A stretch of DNA of 64,000 nucleotides, taken from Alteromonadaceae bacterium (GTDB lineage Bacteria; Pseudomonadota; Gammaproteobacteria; Enterobacterales; Alteromonadaceae). The stretch is from assembly GCA_965279005.1 (NCBI GenBank), contig CBDIHK010000024.1, positions 166,562 through 230,561 of the forward strand, written 5' to 3'. This document shows positions 44,229-52,584 of this stretch, piece after piece. The notes beneath the pieces were generated by a model. It saw only the letters and a program-made list of their open reading frames with translations, ran no database searches and was not told the origin of the DNA. Numbering within the stretch: the stretch's first letter is position 1; every line of letters starts with the position of its first letter. The position numbers were made by a program, and so were the translations under genes.

Positions 44229-45005
44229 CTAACCCCTAGCGCCTACAAACCAAGATTCGAAGTCTTGTGATGGTAGTGGTTGTGCCGCATAGAATCCTTG
44301 GAACAGCTCTATGTTTAATTCTTGGCACAGCTTGAGGTCTGGTTTGCCTTCTACGCCGACTGCGACCGGCTTCGCCCCGTATTTTTCTAACGCTTTCAAA
44401 TAACGGACTATTTTTTCTTTGTTTTCATCACCGCTAAATAACTTTTTATCCAGCTTGTAGCTGTCGAACACGTCATTGGGGAACAAAATAGTGCTGGCGT
44501 CACGCTTGCCGACATTATCCAGGGTGACTTTCACGCCTTTCTCCCGCAACATCCTGGCATTGCTTACGCAAGCGGGGTTGTAAAAGGCGCCTTCATTGAT
44601 CTCTAGGTTAAGCTCACCGTAGGCCAAGCCACTGTTTTCTAACATGGCTTCAATAAAGTCGGGGAAGTCTGCTTCCGCCATGGCAGGTTCAGATACATTT
44701 ACAAACAGCAGCAGTGGGTGGTTCGAAGTGCGGTTCCAATGGGCTATTTGTTTGCAAGACTCTGCAATCACCCAGCGATCAATATCTTCGATCAATCCGG
44801 TGCTGTGGGCAATGTGAAGGTAATTGCGGGTGGCCTGTTCGCAATCGTTTTCGTGGATACGCACCAACGCTTCAGCACCTCTGACGGAAGCGTCCTGGGT
44901 GCTGAGTATTGCTTGGTAATGGATACTAAGTGCGCCGCTGGCGACACATTCACTGAGAGTCTGCTGATCCTTGCTGATACTGGCCATGGAAACCTGCATT
45001 TTCAA
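44229..45005 (-). CDS. stand-alone EAL-domain protein (probably degenerate)
   Basis: 258 aa, GAEALVR, LEINE, LDNVG, YKLD, AVGVE, FQGFY. Confidence 0.85.
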   Translation of the reverse strand: MKMQVSMASISKDQQTLSECVASGALSIHYQAILSTQDASVRGAEALVRIHENDCEQATRNYLHIAHSTGLIEDIDRWVIAESCKQIAHWNRTSNHPLLLFVNVSEPAMAEADFPDFIEAMLENSGLAYGELNLEINEGAFYNPACVSNARMLREKGVKVTLDNVGKRDASTILFPNDVFDSYKLDKKLFSGDENKEKIVRYLKALEKYGAKPVAVGVEGKPDLKLCQELNIELFQGFYAAQPLPSQDFESWFVGARG

Positions 45006-45292
45006 TCAACCTCTAATATTAATCTATCACACCTGGCCTAAACCACTTACTCGCCAGCTTTAAATTTGAAGATTAATCTAGCATTTAATCTGAAACAATC
45101 ATTTCGCAGCGATTTTACACTAAAGTATGAGCGCGGCTAAAATTCAGCTAATTCATTTTTAATGCTTAAAAGCGGGTCGTATTTGGTCTCGTTTATATTC
45201 ACAAATGGCAAGCCGAAAGTTAACTAACTATATGAAAAAGAATATTTAAATATCTAAAGTGACGTAATTAAAAAGTTGTGTTGGTATAAGTG

Positions 45293-45624
45293 ATACCGAT
45301 TCCATTAAGTATTTGTTCACCCAGCGCTCCCTCAGGGACTCAAGTTCAAGGCGCTCGAATGAAGTAATACTGGTGGCTTTACTCCGGGCATCCTGCCCTC
45401 CGCCTTTCAGGCCGGCTTCGCCGTTTAATTTCTTTCCAGAAGAAATTATCGAACTTCGAGCAACGCAGAAATTGTGTTCCTGAGGTGCGTCTTCGATGGG
45501 TTTGAAAAGGGTTTATACTGCGTTAAATGTTCTCGATTTAGAACCACTAGACCATTAAACATTTGCCTTGTCTAAACCCTTTTCAATTCCCACTGGGTGA
45601 GCAAATACTTAATGGAATCGGTAT
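45293..45624. mobile_element. 332-bp MITE-like non-autonomous element with 32-bp terminal inverted repeats
   Basis: ATACCGATTCCATTAAGTATTTGTTCACCCAG (45293-45324) matches the reverse complement of 45593-45624 at 31/32. There is no ORF inside. Nested internal inverted repeats are present (ttgaaaagggttta / taaacccttttcaa). Confidence 0.55.
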
Positions 45625-45637
45625 GAAAATTACCAAA

Positions 45638-45670
45638 CAAAAAAACGCAGAAATTAATTTCTGCGTTTTT
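45638..45670. terminator. bidirectional rho-independent terminator downstream of the MCP gene
   Basis: aaaaaaaacgcagaaa-ttaa-tttctgcgttttt. Confidence 0.85.
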
Positions 45671-45735
45671 AATTTGAAACAAATTTCAATAAAACACTAA
45701 TTTTGATGTGGTTTAAATATTATCCGTTTTTGAAC

Positions 45736-47886
45736 TCACACTTTAAATTGATGTACGATATCGAGCAGCGTATGGCTATTTTGCGCAAGTGATTGTGATT
45801 GGTCAGCCAATTCAATTGCCCGCTGTGCAACGTTAGTTACGTCACTGCCAACATTGTTGATGTCTTTTGACATGTTGTGGGCAAGTTGGTTTTGCTCTTC
45901 CGCAGCTGCCGCGATAACCGACGTCATGTCGGTTATTTTTTCCATTGATGTGCGGATCCCCTGCAGGTGTTCGCCCGTTTCTTGCACTAGTGTCGTGGCC
46001 ATGGCTGTAATTTGGTTGCCATGTGCCATGGCCTGTACCGCTTGTTGTGAGCCTGATTGGATGCTTTGGATTATGTCCTGGGTTTCTTCCACCGCGGTTT
46101 GGGTACTTCCCGCCAGCTTGCGAACCTCATCGGCCACAACGGCAAACCCGCGCCCCTGTTCACCAGCCCTGGCAGCTTCGATAGCGGCATTTAGTGCCAA
46201 TAGGTTGGTTTGGTTGGCGATAGTCTGGATAGTTATCAGGATATTGGTTATCTGTTCGATATCGCTGTTAAGCTGCCCAATAACCGTAGTTGCCTTGTCC
46301 ACTTCCGTATTCACGTCGCCTATGGTATTGACCAGGTTGCCCATGGCGTTGCTGCTCTCGGCAACCTGTTGGTTGGTCTGGTCGGTCACTTCAGCTACGT
46401 GCTGGATATTCTGGGTTACTTCCAAAGATGCCAATGACATTTGTTCTGATTCAGACACTATCCGGTCAACGGCATGCCGGCTGTCGGCCAGTTCCTTGTT
46501 GCACTGGTTGGCTATTTCCTGGCTTTTTTGGCATCCCGAATTAACTGCCATGGCATTGCTGTCAATGGTACGCACCATATGTGCTAAGTTGTCGATGAAT
46601 TTATTGATCCACTTTGCCAGTTCGCCGGTTTCGTCGCTTGAGCGCACCCGGATATGTTTGGTCAGGTCGCCTTCACCTTCTGCGATATCCTTGGTGAGAT
46701 CCCGAATCTTCACCACCGGCTTGCTGATTTGACCACTGATAATGGTGATAAAGGCACCACCTGCCACTGCTATTATAACTGCGGTGATGATTAAGATTAG
46801 TATGCCTTGCCCGGCCATGGCTGATATGTCTTCGCTCAGCTCGTTGGAGGTGGCTAGCATGACATCCTCGGGCACACTGACCAGTAAATACCACTGTTTA
46901 TCGACGCCGTCGATTTCGGTACGGGTGATCACATTAATCCGGCCGTTGACCGTGGAGGCATAGTTGCTACGGTTAGCGGAAATGGCAGTGTTCAGCTCCC
47001 TTGCCAAGTTGTTGCCCAGTTCACTGACGGCTTTACCTGACGCACTGGGATCTTCGCTGTATCCGATAATATTGCCAGTCTCGCTCAATAACATAACCTC
47101 GCCTTTGCCGCTGAACAAGGCTTCGTCGGCGCGGGTCATTAGTCCTTTTACAAAGTTGGCATCAAAATCGACGCCTACTGCACCGATAAACTGACCGTTG
47201 GCCACAATGGGGACTGAAATAGTGGTCAGTAAGTACTCAACACCGCTTAAATCAAAGACATCCGGGTCAATCAGGCAGGCAGCACGCCGGGTGCGGGGGC
47301 AGCTGAAGTAGCCGTTTTTATTTTCATCCACAACCGAGCTAACCCAGTCCAATTTGATTTGTCCGTTTTCACGGTACCAATAGGGGGACACCCTGCCATT
47401 GGCGAGCATGCCCAAGTCTTTATTGGTTTCGCCGCCACTGGCAAAATCAGCGTCCGAGCCAAAAACATCGGGGTTTAATGGGGACATTATCCCCATGTAG
47501 CCAGCATGGGCTTCCAATAGGTTGCGCAATTTTGCCAGTACCATAGCACGGGCTTTTTGGTCGCTAATGTTGTCTTGCTGGTAGGTCCGTTTCAGGAAGG
47601 CGAGATCTGCGGCAAAGGTTTCCGCCACCATGCGTGCGCTAACAACGTTTTTGGCAATAACGGCTGCTTGGACCTGTGACTCGGCCTTGATCAGGGCAAG
47701 CCCGTCTTCACGCAATACCGCTTGGGTGACGTCTTGCACCTCTTCATTGACGTTGCTGCTATTAATGTAGGAAACCAATAACATGACTGCGGTCAGGGTG
47801 ACCACGATTAACTGCACCGAAAAAGTAATTTTCGTTCTAATACTGCGGGTAAATATACTTAACATTACGCCTGCCACCACCAACAC
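45736..47886 (-). CDS. methyl-accepting chemotaxis protein (double-Cache-like periplasmic domain, HAMP, MCP signalling domain)
   Basis: 716 aa with two TM segments and the highly conserved [30 protein letters not shown]. Confidence 0.93.
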   Translation of the reverse strand: MLVVAGVMLSIFTRSIRTKITFSVQLIVVTLTAVMLLVSYINSSNVNEEVQDVTQAVLREDGLALIKAESQVQAAVIAKNVVSARMVAETFAADLAFLKRTYQQDNISDQKARAMVLAKLRNLLEAHAGYMGIMSPLNPDVFGSDADFASGGETNKDLGMLANGRVSPYWYRENGQIKLDWVSSVVDENKNGYFSCPRTRRAACLIDPDVFDLSGVEYLLTTISVPIVANGQFIGAVGVDFDANFVKGLMTRADEALFSGKGEVMLLSETGNIIGYSEDPSASGKAVSELGNNLARELNTAISANRSNYASTVNGRINVITRTEIDGVDKQWYLLVSVPEDVMLATSNELSEDISAMAGQGILILIITAVIIAVAGGAFITIISGQISKPVVKIRDLTKDIAEGEGDLTKHIRVRSSDETGELAKWINKFIDNLAHMVRTIDSNAMAVNSGCQKSQEIANQCNKELADSRHAVDRIVSESEQMSLASLEVTQNIQHVAEVTDQTNQQVAESSNAMGNLVNTIGDVNTEVDKATTVIGQLNSDIEQITNILITIQTIANQTNLLALNAAIEAARAGEQGRGFAVVADEVRKLAGSTQTAVEETQDIIQSIQSGSQQAVQAMAHGNQITAMATTLVQETGEHLQGIRTSMEKITDMTSVIAAAAEEQNQLAHNMSKDINNVGSDVTNVAQRAIELADQSQSLAQNSHTLLDIVHQFKV

Positions 47887-48084
47887 GTTGTTTAGTTTTT
47901 ATTACATTTCTAGGGTTGTTGTCCAATGTTTTGTAACTTAACTTATTGATTAAAAACAGCTTTGTCGCATAGGTATGCAGGTAGCTGGGTATTTATGCAA
48001 TATCCCTGTTAACTTCCCTAACCTTAAGTGTATCTGCAATTTTCAGATTTTCTTGCATTTTTGCGTTGTCTACCTGGATAGCCA

Positions 48085-48489
48085 TCAAAAGTCTGACTCT
48101 GACAGGATTTTATCTAAGCGTCCGGTATCCATGCATTTGCCAGATGACCAAATTTGGTCAAGTTCATTTATAAGCAGGTTCAGTTGGGTTTCTTTTTGCA
48201 GCAGTGACTCGATCATACTGCGCAAATCACGTTGCTTTTCCAATAGCTTTTGCATCACCAGGCCGTGATCCCAGCCCAAATCGTTGTTTAGCAGCTTTGG
48301 CAGTTCTTCCAGGTTAAATCCCAGTTTTTGGCTAAACCGGATGAGGCGCAGCCGCTCTAGGGCGGTATTATCGTAATTTCGGTAGCCGCTTTCAGTGCGT
48401 TTTACTTTGGGCAGCAGGCCCTGGGATTCGTAATACCGGATGGTAGATGCCGGGACATCGCTCAACTTTGCTAATTCACCAATGCGCAT
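48085..48489 (-). CDS. MerR-family transcriptional regulator
   Basis: 134 aa, MRIGELAKLSDVPASTIRYYESQGLL. Confidence 0.9.
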   Translation of the reverse strand: MRIGELAKLSDVPASTIRYYESQGLLPKVKRTESGYRNYDNTALERLRLIRFSQKLGFNLEELPKLLNNDLGWDHGLVMQKLLEKQRDLRSMIESLLQKETQLNLLINELDQIWSSGKCMDTGRLDKILSESDF

Positions 48490-48515
48490 AGTTATCCAAT
48501 GTTCAAAAAATAGCC

Positions 48516-48546
48516 TTGACCTTAAAGTTCACTTTAAGGATATGAT
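48516..48546 (+). promoter_or_regulatory. MerR-type promoter/operator of the OYE gene (19-bp spacer)
   Basis: TTGACC-N19-TATGAT. The spacer carries a perfect 9-bp inverted repeat, CCTTAAAGT-tc-ACTTTAAGG. Confidence 0.7.
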
Positions 48547-48582
48547 GCGCTAGGTCAAGTTTTTACTATAGAGGTATGCACT

Positions 48583-49821
48583 ATGTCGTCACTTATTTTC
48601 AACCCCTATACCCTGCCTTGTGGCGCGGTGCTCAAGAACCGTATTGTCAAAGCTGCTATGGAAGAAAATCTCGCGACTAAATCCCAATTGCCGGGCCAAC
48701 AGTTGTTTAACCTGTACCAAGCCTGGGCAAAAGGTGGAGTTGGCTTGATCATCACGGGTAATGTCATGGTGGATCACCTTGCGATGACTGGCCCCGGAGG
48801 CGTCGCCTTAGAATCGGCTAGTGATTTAGCTCCCTTCAAAACCCTTGCCAAAAAAGCCAAGGACAACGGTGCCAGTATATGGATGCAGATAAACCATCCT
48901 GGCAGGCAAGTGTTCAAAAAAATGGGGGGGAAAGTGCTGTCACCATCGGATGTGGCTTTAGATATGGGCGCCCATTCAGGTATGTTTACCCAGCCCAAGC
49001 CAATGGACGAAGCAGAAATCCAGGACGTTATTACCCGATTTGTGACTACCGCTACGTTGGCAGAGCAAAGTGGTTTCGATGGTGTCGAAATACATGCCGC
49101 CCATGGCTATCTAATTGCGCAATTCCTGTCGCCATTGACCAACAAACGCAGCGACCAATGGGGTGGTAGTATTGAAAATAGGGCACGCTTGTTACTCGAA
49201 ATCGTTAGGCAAATCCGGGCAAACGTGGCACCGGGTTTTGCCGTTGCTGTAAAGCTCAATTCCGCGGATTTCCAGCGCGGTGGTTTTGACGTGGAGGATG
49301 CTCAAAAAGTAGTATCTATGCTGCAAACAATGCAGGTGGACATGGTGGAATTGTCCGGAGGCAGCTATGAGGCACCTGCTATGCAGGGGCGCACAGCCGA
49401 TGGCCGCACCTTGGCAAGGGAAGCGTACTTTTTAGAGTTTGCCCAATCCATTGCGGCCAACACTAACTTGCCGGTCATGACCACGGGGGGCGTGCGCCGG
49501 TTATCCATTGCAGAGAAAGTGCTTAACAGTGGTGTCGAGCTGGTGGGGATTGCCAGTGCCTTGGCTATGACACCGGACTTGGTTAATAAATGGCGGCAAC
49601 AACCTGGTTTTGTCGGGCAAATTCCCTTAGTGAATTGGAAAGACAAAACGCTCGCGGGCCTGGCTACAATGGCGATAGTCAAACGCCAGCTGCGCCGGAT
49701 CAGTAAAAACAAAGCCGCCAAACTTAGCTTGTCCCCTATATGGTCACTGATTGCAGACCAAATCAATGCCGCTAAATTGACCAAGCGCTACCGCAAGCAA
49801 TACCAAAGCGAGGTGAGTTAA
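48583..49821 (+). CDS. NADH:flavin oxidoreductase (Old Yellow Enzyme / 2,4-dienoyl-CoA reductase-like)
   Basis: 412 aa, with HAAHGYLIAQFLSP and a TIM-barrel OYE pattern. Confidence 0.9.
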   Translation: MSSLIFNPYTLPCGAVLKNRIVKAAMEENLATKSQLPGQQLFNLYQAWAKGGVGLIITGNVMVDHLAMTGPGGVALESASDLAPFKTLAKKAKDNGASIWMQINHPGRQVFKKMGGKVLSPSDVALDMGAHSGMFTQPKPMDEAEIQDVITRFVTTATLAEQSGFDGVEIHAAHGYLIAQFLSPLTNKRSDQWGGSIENRARLLLEIVRQIRANVAPGFAVAVKLNSADFQRGGFDVEDAQKVVSMLQTMQVDMVELSGGSYEAPAMQGRTADGRTLAREAYFLEFAQSIAANTNLPVMTTGGVRRLSIAEKVLNSGVELVGIASALAMTPDLVNKWRQQPGFVGQIPLVNWKDKTLAGLATMAIVKRQLRRISKNKAAKLSLSPIWSLIADQINAAKLTKRYRKQYQSEVS

Positions 49822-49909
49822 GCTTTCTGATAATGTTTTCTTTCAAATAGTTAATGCTCCAAAAAGCCTAGTTGCACGTATCCACAACAAACCAATTTGG
49901 AGCTGTACT

Positions 49910-50086
49910 ATGTTTGGATTTCTCAAAGCTGACCCTAAAAAGAAGCTGAAAAAGCAATATGACCAAAAGTTGGAGCAAGCAATGCTGGCACAACGCAAAG
50001 GTGACATTAAGACCTATTCCATGTTGACCGCTGAATCTGAGGAGATTTGGAAACAAATTGAAGCATTAGAACAAAAAGGTGTCTGA
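49910..50086 (+). CDS. 58-aa conserved-looking small protein (Lacal_2735/DUF6435-like), absent from the ORF track
   Basis: MFGFLKADPKKKLKKQYDQKLEQAMLAQRKGDIKTYSMLTAESEEIWKQIEALEQKGV. GGAG lies 7 nt upstream and the stop lies 2 nt before the HAD start. The family assignment is from memory. Confidence 0.55.
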   Translation: MFGFLKADPKKKLKKQYDQKLEQAMLAQRKGDIKTYSMLTAESEEIWKQIEALEQKGV

Positions 50087-50088
50087 GT

Positions 50089-50688
50089 ATGATGCCCAAA
50101 GGCATAGTGTTTGACCTGGACAACACCCTGTTGACCTCAAAGTTGGATTTCAGCGCCATCCGCCAGTCCATCGGGTGCCAGCCCGGTGACGATATTATTC
50201 GCTTTATTGACGCTATAGGCTGCCCAGACAAAAAGCAGGAAGCGATGGAGAAAGTGGTTGCATTTGAAATGCAGGACGCACGGGATTCCAGCTGGTTGCC
50301 TGGTGCTCGGGAAACCATCAGTTTCCTACACCAATGTGACTTGCCAATGGCGATTGTGACCCGCAATTGCCGCGACGCAGCGCTGTTAAAAATGCGCTCA
50401 AACCAAGTGCCGATCGACCTGGTATTATCCCGCGAAGACGCTGAAGCCAAACCTAGCCCACAAGCGTTGTTGCTGGTGGCGGAAACCTGGAATATTGAGC
50501 CTGGGTTCTTGAGCTATGTAGGGGATTACAAATATGACGTGCAAGCGGCGAACCGCGCGGGCATGCACAGCGTGTTATTGGCGTCAACAGCAGCCGGTTG
50601 CACACCCGATTACGCCGACACTGCTGATTTAGTGGTGAACGATTGGCACGGCTACCTCGCGCACCTTCAAGCCTTGGCTGGTGCCTAA
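50089..50688 (+). CDS. HAD-superfamily hydrolase
   Basis: 199 aa, with motif I FDLDNTL and motif IV GDYKYDVQAA. Confidence 0.85.
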   Translation: MMPKGIVFDLDNTLLTSKLDFSAIRQSIGCQPGDDIIRFIDAIGCPDKKQEAMEKVVAFEMQDARDSSWLPGARETISFLHQCDLPMAIVTRNCRDAALLKMRSNQVPIDLVLSREDAEAKPSPQALLLVAETWNIEPGFLSYVGDYKYDVQAANRAGMHSVLLASTAAGCTPDYADTADLVVNDWHGYLAHLQALAGA

Positions 50689-50707
50689 TACTTAATTGAA
50701 TCGGTTT
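50687..50707 (-). repeat. degenerate solo copy of the MITE terminal repeat
   Basis: aatacttaattgaatcggttt matches aatacttaatggaatcggtat at 19/21. It overlaps the HAD stop codon. Confidence 0.5.
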
Positions 50708-50809
50708 AATTAACGCAGTTTATAGTAAACATGCAGCGTGCATGCATTGCATTGCTGCCTGACTTATTCTAAATAAAGAATATCCACCTTTAATAGTTTC
50801 CCGCACCTT

Positions 50810-52567
50810 ATGGACAGCAGCGCGCCGAATAAAACAATCCTGCGCAGGTTTTCATTTTGGCAACCTTGGTTGCTTTTGCTGATCCTGGTATTTATCGCCT
50901 TGCAAATATGGTTTTTGACGGCCCTGACCTACTCGGTGGCGAGTGCCGGTATGCAGCTGGACATTGACGCTATGGAACTGGCCGGGCGCAGCATTGCCAG
51001 CGCCGGGTTTAGCCTCTCCGTTATCATTGGCATCAGCCGCTTTAGGCGTTTGTATTCAAGGCCGCGCTGGCAACGCGGCTTGATAAAAATAGCGGTCGGT
51101 GTGGTTAGCACGGTAGTTGTTTATTTTGGGTTGAAGCTGGCGTACCAAGGCATCCAGGAGCGGGTCAGGTTTGATCTTATCCACTGCAGTGTGGCCGGTG
51201 GCCTGGCTAGCCAATCCTTGCACGGATGGCAGGTAGATGCGTCGGGCAGTATGTCTGTGGACAAAGCACTGCTGCAACTATTGCTGCCCTTAGCTGTGTG
51301 TTTAGATGATGGCCTGTATGAAAAAGTGCTCGCATCTGAATCTACCGAAAGGGATTTAAAAAACCTATTTGCAAGCCAAGGCAAATTAGAGTTAATACAG
51401 CGGCGCATGGTCAACCTATACCGGCAACTACTGCACAGGTTGCCGCAGTTATTGCCATGGTATAGCCAATATTTGGCTGCGGAAAAAGGCAATCAAAGGC
51501 AGTTAGTGCTAGCTGACTTTGAGCAGCAACTGCAAATTAGGGCTATGTTGGATAGCCAGCTCAATCGATCGCAAATTGAGAGGATTGTGCAGTTGTTCGA
51601 AAGTGGCGCCGCCCTGCACCAAACGAGTCCTGGCCTGAACCAGGCCTACAGTTTAATGCTAGCAGCTACCCAATTGTTATACGATGGCTTGTCAAAGAGG
51701 CAACCCTATTTAGTGCAACCGGTGGCGGCAAACCAAATCTATACTGTCGCCAATGACATGGCCGATGCCATGGCTAGGTTGTTTTTAGCACAGCAACAGC
51801 CTGCCCAAAATCAACTATTAGAAGCCATGCGCCCAAGCTTTGGCCTCGTTTTGCTGCCCGTTTTTGCGGTGGCATTAAGTACTTTCGTAATCAGCCTCGC
51901 CATTGCCAATTATGTCCGTAGCAGGTTGTTTCGCTATGCGCACCACAAAGGCGGCCAGGTTAATCCCATTTTTAACGCGGTTCTGTCGGTATTGGTGATC
52001 ATTCCCTTGGTATGGTGGTTGCTGTTTAATTTGCTCAACGAAACGCCGCTTGAGCGGCAACTATTTCCGCAGCACGTGCAAAGTCCTGGCGTCATAGCCC
52101 TAAAGGTAGCGCTGCGGCCACTGCTGTACCTTTATGAACCCTCAAAAAGTGCCACCAGTTCTTTTGTTGGCTATGATGCTTTGCGGGTATTCGCTAAACC
52201 AATTGAACTGGCTGAACAACAACCCACTTCTGCCGTTAGCTTGGCAGGCTTGTGGTTTGGTGATGTGTGTTTGTCTAGCAATAACTGTGAACCTATAGGT
52301 TTGGTTGTCTCGCCAGGCGCCAGTTATGCCTATTTTCCGAACCAAGGCTTTTGCCAGGTGCCAATAGTGCCATTGCCTGGCCTTTCTGCACAAAGCGATA
52401 CCGTGGTATTTGCAGGCCAAGCGGGGGCGGGGGATTGTAGTTTGGTTGCGAGGGTATCGATTCCTGCAATTAAACCAGCTGATATGGCCACTGGCCAGAC
52501 GTTAGCTATTGGCTTTATAAGAAGCGGAAAATCAACCAGTGCGCTAATGGCCTATTACCCGTTATAG
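50810..52567 (+). CDS. hypothetical polytopic membrane protein
   Basis: 585 aa with about five predicted TM segments. I recognise no motif. Confidence 0.55.
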   Translation: MDSSAPNKTILRRFSFWQPWLLLLILVFIALQIWFLTALTYSVASAGMQLDIDAMELAGRSIASAGFSLSVIIGISRFRRLYSRPRWQRGLIKIAVGVVSTVVVYFGLKLAYQGIQERVRFDLIHCSVAGGLASQSLHGWQVDASGSMSVDKALLQLLLPLAVCLDDGLYEKVLASESTERDLKNLFASQGKLELIQRRMVNLYRQLLHRLPQLLPWYSQYLAAEKGNQRQLVLADFEQQLQIRAMLDSQLNRSQIERIVQLFESGAALHQTSPGLNQAYSLMLAATQLLYDGLSKRQPYLVQPVAANQIYTVANDMADAMARLFLAQQQPAQNQLLEAMRPSFGLVLLPVFAVALSTFVISLAIANYVRSRLFRYAHHKGGQVNPIFNAVLSVLVIIPLVWWLLFNLLNETPLERQLFPQHVQSPGVIALKVALRPLLYLYEPSKSATSSFVGYDALRVFAKPIELAEQQPTSAVSLAGLWFGDVCLSSNNCEPIGLVVSPGASYAYFPNQGFCQVPIVPLPGLSAQSDTVVFAGQAGAGDCSLVARVSIPAIKPADMATGQTLAIGFIRSGKSTSALMAYYPL

Positions 52568-52584
52568 AATCGATACAAATGGTT

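Noticed and set aside
45854-46732. A 292-aa ORF on the + strand, antisense to the MCP gene.
   Set aside because: It is a shadow of the MCP signalling domain and contains no independent motifs.
49868-50056. A 62-aa ORF on the - strand between the OYE and HAD genes.
   Set aside because: The opposite-strand 58-aa ORF (49910..50086) has an RBS, is translationally coupled to the HAD gene, and has a conserved-looking sequence.
50007-50450. A 147-aa ORF on the - strand, antisense to the HAD hydrolase gene.
   Set aside because: It overlaps a gene with clear HAD motifs and has no supporting signals.
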